Shown: positions 1 to 7,242 of the stretch, piece by piece | How the letters are laid out: each line of letters starts with the position of its first letter | Numbering within the stretch: the stretch's first letter is position 1 | Source of the DNA: an uncultured virus (IMG/VR IMGVR_UViG_3300026057_000005) | Taxonomy: Duplodnaviria; Heunggongvirae; Uroviricota; Caudoviricetes | Virus record (IMG/VR): IMGVR_UViG_3300026057_000005 | Strand: one strand, 5' to 3' | DNA length: 20,000 nt | Position numbers and translations under genes: made by a program | The notes under the pieces: model-generated | What the model was told of the DNA's origin: nothing | The model's input: only the letters and a program-made list of their open reading frames with translations | Database searches by the model: none

Positions 1-296
1 TCGAACCATCGATTCTTGGCGCGATGCCGGGCGTCGTGGGATGCGGGATCGATCTGATTCACATCGACGGCAATCACACCGAGCAAGCGCACCGCGACGC
101 GAAGCGCTACCTGCCGCACGTTCGCGTCGGCGGCATCGTCGTGTTCGACGACGTCGGATGGGGCGGCGGCGGCGTCGCGCGCGGCGTCGAGTGGGCGCGC
201 GAGCATGGCTTCGTCGACTTGTACGCGCTCGGCACCGGGCTCGTCATGCAGCGCGTCGCCGACGCGTTGCATGACTTCGAGGAGGCGCTCACGTGA
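1..296 (+). CDS. Class I SAM-dependent methyltransferase (Methyltransf_24-like), probably 5'-truncated by window edge
   Basis: IDLIHIDGNH...LPHVRVGGIVVFDD matches the C-terminal half of this family; frame is open back to the window start. Confidence 0.85.
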   Translation, partial: EPSILGAMPGVVGCGIDLIHIDGNHTEQAHRDAKRYLPHVRVGGIVVFDDVGWGGGGVARGVEWAREHGFVDLYALGTGLVMQRVADALHDFEEALT

Positions 297-697
297 GCAA
301 CTCGAAGAAGACGAAGGCGACGAAGACGAAGCCAAAACGCACGCACTACCCGCGCGCGAGACGTCAGTACGATCCAGACGACGCGCCGCTGCGCATGCCG
401 CCGCGACGTCGCGACTGGATCAAGGGCACGTATCAGGTCGGCGTGTTCGTTCGCACGCCGACCGGATCGACGCTGATGATGGTCACGATGAAGCCCGCGC
501 TCGAGATCACGGTCGAGCTCGCGATGCTTGCGATGGCCGCTTCTTCGGGCGAGACGCGCGAGGCGCGGCGGTCGCGCGTCAAGGCGGCGCTCGACGAGCA
601 CGGCAAGCACGTCGACGGCGTCCCGCAGGGCGGATGGATCGACGACGACGGCATCGACGCGATCATCGCGGCGGTGCTCGGCACGAGGAAGCCGTGA
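293..697 (+). CDS. Hypothetical protein, 134 aa
   Basis: GTG start overlaps previous TGA (GTGA), GGAGG upstream, protein-like composition. Confidence 0.75.
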   Translation: MSNSKKTKATKTKPKRTHYPRARRQYDPDDAPLRMPPRRRDWIKGTYQVGVFVRTPTGSTLMMVTMKPALEITVELAMLAMAASSGETREARRSRVKAALDEHGKHVDGVPQGGWIDDDGIDAIIAAVLGTRKP

Positions 698-855
698 CCG
701 CGACGGACTTCGTACGCGAGTTGTGCAAGCTCGCCCTCAGGCACGGCCGACCCGTCATCGCGATCGACTTCGAGCCGGCGACCGACGGGAAAAGTCTTCA
801 GTTGCGCTTCCATCTCAAAAACGATCACAAAAACGATCAAGGCAACGAAGGATGA
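694..855 (+). CDS. Hypothetical protein, 53 aa (MTATDFVRELCKLAL...)
   Basis: GTGA overlap upstream and ATGA overlap downstream; 3' part of ORF 205..855. Confidence 0.65.
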   Translation: MTATDFVRELCKLALRHGRPVIAIDFEPATDGKSLQLRFHLKNDHKNDQGNEG

Positions 856-1031
856 AGCCCAACGTGTCCGAGGCCGCGCAGTCGCCGATGAACGCGCGCC
901 GCTGGAAATGCGTCCTCGCGTGCGGCCACACGCAGTGGCACACCGCGAACAAGCGACCGAAGCACGTGCACTGCGTCGCGTGCGGCATCGAGAAGGGGCG
1001 CAACGCGCCCAGAAAGCCCGGGTCTCCGTGA
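852..1031 (+). CDS. Small putative zinc-ribbon protein, 59 aa
   Basis: ATGA and GTGA overlaps at both ends; LACGH...CVAC metal-ligand pattern. Confidence 0.65.
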   Translation: MKPNVSEAAQSPMNARRWKCVLACGHTQWHTANKRPKHVHCVACGIEKGRNAPRKPGSP

Positions 1032-1678
1032 AGTTGTTCCCCTACTTCGGCGAGGGCGGTGTGTCGCGCCCGCTCGGCCTCGAGATGAGTCAGAACCGTC
1101 TCGCCGTCCCGACGTGGAGCTACGCGATGGAGATCGCTCCACCGGCGCGGATCGTCGAGATCGGGCACGCGGGCGGAGGCTTCACGACCGCGCTCGCGCT
1201 CCATGCTCACCTGATCGGTGCGGAGGTGTGGTCGTTCGACCTGTGTGCCGTCAACCAGCGCTACGCGCCGATCGCTCACCAGTTCGGCGTTCACTTCGTG
1301 CAGATCGACGTGTGGGGTCAGGCAGCGCAGGAGCATCTCGAGCGCTTGATCGCGCGCCCGGGGCCGACGTTCGTCCTGTGCGACGGCGGCGACAAGCACC
1401 GCGAGCTCGCGCTGTTCGCGCCGTTCTGCAAACCGGGCGACGTACTCGCCGCGCACGACTACGACGCGATGCACGAGCGCGATCCGTCGAGTGACCAGCT
1501 TGCGCGGCCGTGGCCCTGGTGCGAGACCCGCAAGGCGGTCGGCGACGAGGTCGCGCAAAAGCACAACCTCGAGCCCTGGCTTCAGGAGCATTTCGATCTC
1601 GCCGGGTGGCTCGCGTACCGCAAGCGCGACGTGTCGCAGACGAGAGCGCGAGAAGTCTCGCGTCCGGAAGGCGCCTGA
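1028..1678 (+). CDS. Class I SAM-dependent methyltransferase (CmcI/Methyltransf_24-like), 216 aa
   Basis: RIVEIGHAGGG (motif I), VWSFD, FVLCDGG, KPGDVLAAHDY; GTG start overlaps previous stop. Confidence 0.8.
   Translation: MKLFPYFGEGGVSRPLGLEMSQNRLAVPTWSYAMEIAPPARIVEIGHAGGGFTTALALHAHLIGAEVWSFDLCAVNQRYAPIAHQFGVHFVQIDVWGQAAQEHLERLIARPGPTFVLCDGGDKHRELALFAPFCKPGDVLAAHDYDAMHERDPSSDQLARPWPWCETRKAVGDEVAQKHNLEPWLQEHFDLAGWLAYRKRDVSQTRAREVSRPEGA
1634..1670. repeat. Hairpin element copy 1 (degenerate)
   Basis: TCGCAGACGAGAGCGCGAGAAGTCTCGCGTCCGGAAG; arms CGCGAGA/TCTCGCG at 1647-1662. Confidence 0.75.
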
Positions 1679-1974
1679 TGGAGATCGACATCCCAAGCCC
1701 AGCGTTCGAGGTTAAGTCACACGAGTTGACCGACGAAGAGGACGAAGCATTGCTCACCGCATGGCTTGCATGGTCCTCATTGAAATCTCCTGGCAACCTC
1801 GTGAATCTTCGCTGCGTTGTCGAACGCGTTCGATTCGAGGTAACGATCAGGCGCAGGACCGAAAAGATCAGCAGACTCGTCGACACTGGACGCAGACACA
1901 ACGATCGTTACATCACGAACCGCGCCATCAAGATGATCGCCAACCTCGGAGCACACGACGAGGAGGACATATGA
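1678..1974 (+). CDS. Hypothetical protein, 98 aa, lower GC
   Basis: TGATG coupling upstream, ATGA overlap downstream; hand count of 1681-1860 gives about 55% GC. Confidence 0.7.
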   Translation: MEIDIPSPAFEVKSHELTDEEDEALLTAWLAWSSLKSPGNLVNLRCVVERVRFEVTIRRRTEKISRLVDTGRRHNDRYITNRAIKMIANLGAHDEEDI

Positions 1975-2906
1975 AGCTCGCCCTGACGATCATGACCGGC
2001 CGCGCCGACCCGAAGATCGAGTGGATCACGCAGTCGCTCGACCAGCAAGCGCGGACAGGCGACGAGATCCACCTGATCGTCGTTAACGCGCTCCTCGCGC
2101 ACGACGCCTCGCGCACGATCGACGTGGGTCCGGGGCGCTCGCCGAGCCATCCCTGGCTCGCGGGCGTCACGCACACCGCGCCCAAGCCGAACGTCTGGCA
2201 GGGCGCGCAGCGCGTGACGAGCTCAGACTGGTGGGCGACGTCGAACGCACGCAACACCGCGCTCGTCGTGTGCCCCGAAGGCTACGACTACCTCGCGTTC
2301 CTCGACGATCGTTGCCGACTCGGGCCGCACTGGCTCGACGCGGTCCGCGACGCGTACACGAAGCGGGCCTCCGTCATCGCGGGCGCGTACGTGAAGACGG
2401 AGGGGCCGGCCGACGATCCGCTCCAGCAGGTCACCGCGAAGGATCATCGCGCCGGGCTTCACCCGAGCGGAAAGATCAACTGCGGTGGCGGTTGGCTCTA
2501 CGGATGTTCGTTCGCGCTGCCGCTGGCGTGGGCGCTCGAGGTCAACGGCTTCGAGGAGGCGTGTGACGGGCTCACCGGCGAGGACTACATCTTCGGCCTC
2601 ATGCTCGGCAACCGGGGGCGGCGCATCGACTACCGCACCGACATGCTCGTCATGCAGGACCGGACGCGCGGCAACGAGTCGTGCAAGGGGAGCTATCGCT
2701 GCACCGACAAGGGCGTGTCGCCGAACGATAAGTCGCACGCCGCGCTCGCGAGGTTCGGCAAGCGCGATCGCACCGACGCGCGGTTCACGCCCGACCTGAC
2801 CGCGCTCCGCGCGCGCTACCAGCGCGGCGAAGGCTTCCCCGATGTCGATCGATCGATCGAGCATCGCGACTGGTATGACGGACAACCCATTCGAGAGATG
2901 ACCTGA
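1971..2906 (+). CDS. GT-A fold (family 2-like) glycosyltransferase, 311 aa
   Basis: AGGAGG RBS at 1961-1966; SNARNTAL, YLAFLDD (DxD-like), VNGFEE...GEDY motifs. Confidence 0.85.
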   Translation: MKLALTIMTGRADPKIEWITQSLDQQARTGDEIHLIVVNALLAHDASRTIDVGPGRSPSHPWLAGVTHTAPKPNVWQGAQRVTSSDWWATSNARNTALVVCPEGYDYLAFLDDRCRLGPHWLDAVRDAYTKRASVIAGAYVKTEGPADDPLQQVTAKDHRAGLHPSGKINCGGGWLYGCSFALPLAWALEVNGFEEACDGLTGEDYIFGLMLGNRGRRIDYRTDMLVMQDRTRGNESCKGSYRCTDKGVSPNDKSHAALARFGKRDRTDARFTPDLTALRARYQRGEGFPDVDRSIEHRDWYDGQPIREMT

Positions 2907-2953
2907 TCGCAGACGAGGACGCGATAGGATCGCGTCCGGAAAGATGACCTGAT
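2896..2953. repeat. Hairpin element copy 2, bracketed by 12-bp direct repeat AGATGACCTGAT
   Basis: Direct repeats at 2896-2907 and 2942-2953; GGACGCGAT-AGG-ATCGCGTCC at 2917-2937. Confidence 0.9.
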
Positions 2954-3523
2954 ATGCGCAAGACCACCGTGACCTGCGATCGCTGTAGCCGAGACGTCGA
3001 TACCGGCTACCTCGAGCTCTCGATCGACGGCTATCGAAAACTACACACGTGCTCCATCTGCACGCCACTGCTCGTCGAATTCTTCGAGGCCGCCGGACGA
3101 AGCTACGCTGACGGTCTCGGATCGCTCACTCGCCATCAGCACGTCGAACGACTCGAAATCGCGAAGGACAACGACACCATCGCCGAACGGAACGGCGGAT
3201 TACAGATCTCCAGCGACGGAGGTCGGCTGCCGCGGGTGATCCAGTCCATCGACGTGATCGGAGACCTCGACGGGTGGGAGATTTGCGACGTGTCCGTCGG
3301 CAATCGTAGGCAGTTCTCGCCCGATGGGCCGCGCTCTAATGCGGAGTGGATGGCGCAGTTCTCCAACATGAGCAAGGCGGACGCCGTCATGCCTCGCATG
3401 AAAGTAGCCATCGTCTTGATTCGTGTTGGTGATCCGATTCAGGTCTCGAAAGCGCCCGCGTTCGAGATCACGTTCCTGCGCTCCGGCTTCGCCGATCTCG
3501 CCGACGCCGAGGACAAGTTGTGA
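2954..3523 (+). CDS. Hypothetical protein, 189 aa, with N-terminal CxxC...CxxC zinc finger
   Basis: TCDRC...TCSIC; beta-rich C-terminal half; more A/T-ending codons than neighbours; GTGA overlap downstream. Confidence 0.75.
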   Translation: MRKTTVTCDRCSRDVDTGYLELSIDGYRKLHTCSICTPLLVEFFEAAGRSYADGLGSLTRHQHVERLEIAKDNDTIAERNGGLQISSDGGRLPRVIQSIDVIGDLDGWEICDVSVGNRRQFSPDGPRSNAEWMAQFSNMSKADAVMPRMKVAIVLIRVGDPIQVSKAPAFEITFLRSGFADLADAEDKL

Positions 3524-3741
3524 CCAAGCTCGAGGCGGCCGAAGGCGAGCTCAAGCACGCCGCGAAGGCGTACGGCAAGGCCGTCGGCGACGACGCCGTC
3601 GCATGGCGCGAGCTCGCGCGCGCGGCCCTGCGCTACGCCGCGGCGTGGACCGAAGACAGCGCACGCAAGGCAGGGTCGGGGCTGCGCCAGGCGGGCGACT
3701 TCATCGCGGGGTTGCGCGGACGCGCACGGCGCACCGAGTAG
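3520..3741 (+). CDS. Hypothetical helical protein, 73 aa
   Basis: GTGA overlap; Ala-rich amphipathic sequence; GC-rich third positions. Confidence 0.7.
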   Translation: MTKLEAAEGELKHAAKAYGKAVGDDAVAWRELARAALRYAAAWTEDSARKAGSGLRQAGDFIAGLRGRARRTE

Positions 3742-3754
3742 CCTCATAGGCGAT

Positions 3755-3825
3755 GACGCGAATTTTCGCGTCCGGAAGATTGCTAAGATTCGCAGACGAG
3801 GACGCGAAATTTTCGCGTCCGCAAG
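3755..3825. repeat. Hairpin element copies 3 and 4 in tandem (46-nt offset)
   Basis: GACGCGAA-TT-TTCGCGTC at 3755-3772 and GGACGCGAAA-T-TTTCGCGTCC at 3800-3820, intergenic. Confidence 0.9.
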
Positions 3826-3836
3826 AGGAAGTGACC

Positions 3837-4001
3837 ATGCCGAACCCCGTCAAGACGACCATGAACCTTCGCGTGCTGCCGAGTGTCAAGCAGCGCGCGA
3901 AGGACGCCGCGAAGAAGGCGCATCAATCGCTGACCGCGTGGCTCACGACGATCATCGAAGCGAACACGCCCGACACCGACGAGAAGCGGACTCGGCGATG
4001 A
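3837..4001 (+). CDS. Ribbon-helix-helix DNA-binding protein (Arc/CopG/HicB-like), 54 aa
   Basis: TMNLRV strand followed by two helices (SVKQRAKDAAKK; SLTAWLTTII); GAGGA RBS. Confidence 0.8.
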   Translation: MPNPVKTTMNLRVLPSVKQRAKDAAKKAHQSLTAWLTTIIEANTPDTDEKRTRR

Positions 4002-4192
4002 GCTCGCGCGCAAGGATGCTCGCTGTCGCCGCTGCGTCTATCGGGCTGCCGACCTGGATGGACGACAACTTCGAGCCACGCATCATCGTGCCGCCGTCGA
4101 TCCCCAAACCGAAGACGCCGCGCGACGCCGCCCGAGACGACCGGCCGGTGCATGTCTCGAACCGGCGCGCGAAGAAGCGCCGCGGCTGGTAG
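3998..4192 (+). CDS. Hypothetical basic protein, 64 aa
   Basis: ATGA overlap with RHH gene; ends NRRAKKRRGW. Confidence 0.65.
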   Translation: MSSRARMLAVAAASIGLPTWMDDNFEPRIIVPPSIPKPKTPRDAARDDRPVHVSNRRAKKRRGW

Positions 4193-4228
4193 GGGTGCCC
4201 GAACGAGGGCGCGATTCGACCGCTCGAA

Positions 4229-4237
4229 TGGTACGAT
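4229..4237 (+). promoter_or_regulatory. Putative extended -10 (TGG-TACGAT), leaderless transcript
   Basis: TGnTAnnnT ends 6 nt before ATG 4244; no Shine-Dalgarno sequence. Confidence 0.5.
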
Positions 4238-4243
4238 GCCCCC

Positions 4244-7234
4244 ATGTCGGACTTCCAGATCGCGCCGCCGGGCGCGCCCGTCGACCTCGGCTCGGCGGAT
4301 ACACTCATCAACCAGAACGGCGGGCCGCCCGTCCCCGCACTGGCGCTCGTCGGAACCGACCAGAAGACGATCCTCGGCAGCGGATCGCAGTACGACCCGC
4401 TCCGCACGAACCCCGACGGGATCCCCGTCACCACCGACAAGACGACGATCGGTGGCGACGGCACGATCGCGAGCCCGCTCGCCGTCATCCCACTCGGGCT
4501 CTCCGAGCGCGTCCCGGTCCTGACCGATGGCCTGACCGCGGTCGGTGACGGCACCGTCGGATCGCCGATCACCGTCATCACGGGCGGCGGCGGCGGCGCC
4601 GTCGTCGCCGACAACGTCACGCTGACCGGGTTTGGCACGCCGCTTGTCCCGCTCACGATCAAGCAGGTCGAGCATGACGGCACGATCGCTGGCGCGGGCA
4701 CCGTTGCGTCGCCGCTGACGATCCCCGCCGGCGTTGTCCATGTCGCCACGGACGGCACGACCCTCGAGGGCAACGGGACCTCGGGGACGCCGCTCAAAAT
4801 CAAGCAGGTCGAACACGACGGCACGCTTGCCGGCGCGGGCACCGTCGACTCGCTGCTCGCCGTCGTTCCGGCGGCGCTCGCTGGCGACGTCGCGGTCGCC
4901 GTCGACGCGAGCTCGATCGCTGGCGACGGCACGTCGGGCACCCCGCTTCATACGGTCGCCGGCGGTACCGCCGTCGCGACCGATGCGACGATGACGGGTA
5001 ACGGCACGACTGGATCACCGCTCTCGGTGAGCGGCATCCCGTCGACGGTCAAGACCGACAACACGATGTCGGGCACGGGCTCGATCGGCTCGCCGCTCTC
5101 CGTCGTCGCGGTCGGCGCACCAGCGGGCTTCCTCACGCCCGAGCAGTTCGGCGCCGTCGGGAACGGCGTCACCGACGATCGCGCCGCGATCCAGGCGATG
5201 CTGAACGCCGCCGGCGCGCTCAACGGGCTCGCGAATATTCGGTTCGGTCCCAAGGTGTACATCGTCGGGCGCTCGAGCACGAACGCGTTCTGTCTCGACC
5301 TGCCCAACGGTAACCTGACGATCGAGGGCGTCCCCGGGCGCTCCACGCTCAAGCAGCCGGCAGGGCTCCCCAGCACGACGGTCGTGATTCTGCGCATCGA
5401 TCAGAAGGCGAACGTGATCGTTCGCGGGATGACGTTCGACGGCAATTGGGGCAATCGCGCGACCTACGTCGCCGCGGCGTCCAGCGGGCTAACGCTCCCC
5501 CAGGCGACGATCAACGTCGCAACCACCGAAGGCTTCGCCACGTCGGGCACGATGACCGTCCAGAGCAGCACGGGCCCCCAGGTGGTGACGTACACGGGCG
5601 TCACGGCGACGAGCTTCACCGGGTGCACCGGAGGGGTCGGAGACATCTTCGGTCCTACCACGACGGGGTTCCAGGGCTCGCTCGTGGGATACGTCGACGC
5701 GCAGACCGGCATCAACCAGGGCAACCAGACCGGCAATCCCACGAACCACGGGATCATGCTGCGCGGATCGACCAACGTCACGATCGAGAGTTGCCTGTTC
5801 ACGAACAACTACGGCGACGGAATCTGGGTGGGCGCGAGCTCGACCGATGCGACGGTGGGGTGCAAGAACACGAAGATCCTCGGCTGCAACATCGACATGT
5901 CGGGACGCAACAGCATCTCGATCGCGCAGCTCGCACAGGACACGTACGTCGAAAAAACGAACTGCACGTACATGTTTCAGAACGCGCTCGACATCGAGCC
6001 CGGCGGGCAGCCCGTCAAGAACACGATCGTCGAGGACTGTCACCTGGGAATCTGGTGGAACCCGAGCAACGCCGGGCGTACCGCGAACATCGCGCTCAAC
6101 ATCAAGGGCGGCGAAGATCTCCAGCCGTCGCCGCAGTTCCAGACGCAGAAGGTGCGAATCCGGGACTGCACGATCACGGGATCGATCAACATCGCCGACG
6201 CGACGGACATCATCATCGAGCGCTGCCGGATCGTAATGGACTGGCCGGGCCCGGGCACCGGCGACGTCCCGATCGGGATCAACTTCAACGTCGATGACGT
6301 TCAGATCCTCGAGAACTACGTCTACGACTCCGTGCACGATCCGGTTGTCCATACGGTCTCGATCGCGGTCTACGATCGGGGGAGCTCGTCGGGCGTACTC
6401 CAGCCGCAAGGCGTTCGGATCGTCGGCAATCGCGTTCACAGCCGAAACGGCAACGGCGGCATCGCCACCGCCGGCGTCGGCGGCAACGCCGGCGCGACCG
6501 GAACCGCGACGGGGATCACCTCGACGACGCTGACCGACAGCGGCGCGACCTGGATCGTCGGGCAGTTCGTCGGCCATCAGGTGCTCGTCGGCGGCGTGCT
6601 CTCGACGATCTCGGCGAACACCGCAACCACGCTTAGCCTCCCCTTCGCCTGGTACACGCAGACGGGCGGCCCCGCGAATACGCCAGCCCTGGGCACGTAC
6701 TCGATCCTGCCGACGGGGCGCTACATCGAGATCGCCAGCAACGAGATCGATCTCACCGACGACGGAAAGGGGCAGGGCCTCTACGGCATCAGCCTTCAAT
6801 CGTCCGCGGCCGGCGGTCGCCTCCACGTCCACGACAACCAGATCCAGAACGCGAACGGCGACGCTGTCCGCGTGAGCTTCGGGGCCGTCGCCATCGCGCT
6901 GGTGCTCGTGAACAATATCGCGTTCGATAATCAGGTCGTCCCGACCTGCGTCAACACGATTCACTTCACCTCGAACCCGGCAGCCAGCGTGACCCGGCTC
7001 GTGCTGCGCGAGAACAACGCGGGCGATGGCGTGACAACCGACGTCGCGGGGATCACGTCGGGCACCTGGATCACGGCGGACGGCTATCCTCCTCAGTTCG
7101 CCGGCTTCGGATCCCCGGAGGGTGTCGTGACCGCGATCGTGGGATCGACCTACAATCGCCTGAACGGCGGGGCGGCAACCACGCTATACGTGAAGGAAAG
7201 CGGATCCGGGAACACTGGATGGATCGGCAAGTAG
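4244..7234 (+). CDS. Tailspike/receptor-binding protein with right-handed beta-helix (pectate lyase-3-like), 996 aa
   Basis: PEQFGAVGNGVTDDRAAIQAMLNAA helix-start motif; repeated NVTIESC/NTIVEDC/DIIIERC rungs; C-terminal GSPEGVVTA..GSTY.R..GG..TTLYVKESG.GNTGW motif typical of tailspikes. Confidence 0.88.
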   Translation: MSDFQIAPPGAPVDLGSADTLINQNGGPPVPALALVGTDQKTILGSGSQYDPLRTNPDGIPVTTDKTTIGGDGTIASPLAVIPLGLSERVPVLTDGLTAVGDGTVGSPITVITGGGGGAVVADNVTLTGFGTPLVPLTIKQVEHDGTIAGAGTVASPLTIPAGVVHVATDGTTLEGNGTSGTPLKIKQVEHDGTLAGAGTVDSLLAVVPAALAGDVAVAVDASSIAGDGTSGTPLHTVAGGTAVATDATMTGNGTTGSPLSVSGIPSTVKTDNTMSGTGSIGSPLSVVAVGAPAGFLTPEQFGAVGNGVTDDRAAIQAMLNAAGALNGLANIRFGPKVYIVGRSSTNAFCLDLPNGNLTIEGVPGRSTLKQPAGLPSTTVVILRIDQKANVIVRGMTFDGNWGNRATYVAAASSGLTLPQATINVATTEGFATSGTMTVQSSTGPQVVTYTGVTATSFTGCTGGVGDIFGPTTTGFQGSLVGYVDAQTGINQGNQTGNPTNHGIMLRGSTNVTIESCLFTNNYGDGIWVGASSTDATVGCKNTKILGCNIDMSGRNSISIAQLAQDTYVEKTNCTYMFQNALDIEPGGQPVKNTIVEDCHLGIWWNPSNAGRTANIALNIKGGEDLQPSPQFQTQKVRIRDCTITGSINIADATDIIIERCRIVMDWPGPGTGDVPIGINFNVDDVQILENYVYDSVHDPVVHTVSIAVYDRGSSSGVLQPQGVRIVGNRVHSRNGNGGIATAGVGGNAGATGTATGITSTTLTDSGATWIVGQFVGHQVLVGGVLSTISANTATTLSLPFAWYTQTGGPANTPALGTYSILPTGRYIEIASNEIDLTDDGKGQGLYGISLQSSAAGGRLHVHDNQIQNANGDAVRVSFGAVAIALVLVNNIAFDNQVVPTCVNTIHFTSNPAASVTRLVLRENNAGDGVTTDVAGITSGTWITADGYPPQFAGFGSPEGVVTAIVGSTYNRLNGGAATTLYVKESGSGNTGWIGK
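4370..5105 (+). repeat. About 10 intragenic copies of G-x-G-T-x-x-[ST]-P-L (~24-aa period)
   Basis: GDGTIASPL, GDGTVGSPI, GAGTVASPL, GNGTSGTPL, GDGTSGTPL, GNGTTGSPL, GTGSIGSPL and variants; IKQVEHDGT(I/L)AGAGTV occurs twice. Confidence 0.85.
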
Positions 7235-7242
7235 GAAACACC

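Noticed and set aside
2917..2937. Hairpin copies as intrinsic terminators
   Set aside because: No convincing U-tract follows on the plus strand, and each lies just before a co-oriented start codon.
1634..3825. Hairpin repeats as a CRISPR array or integron attC sites
   Set aside because: Spacing is irregular with whole genes between copies, no cas or integrase gene is in the window, and no RYYYAAC/GTTRRRY core sites are present.
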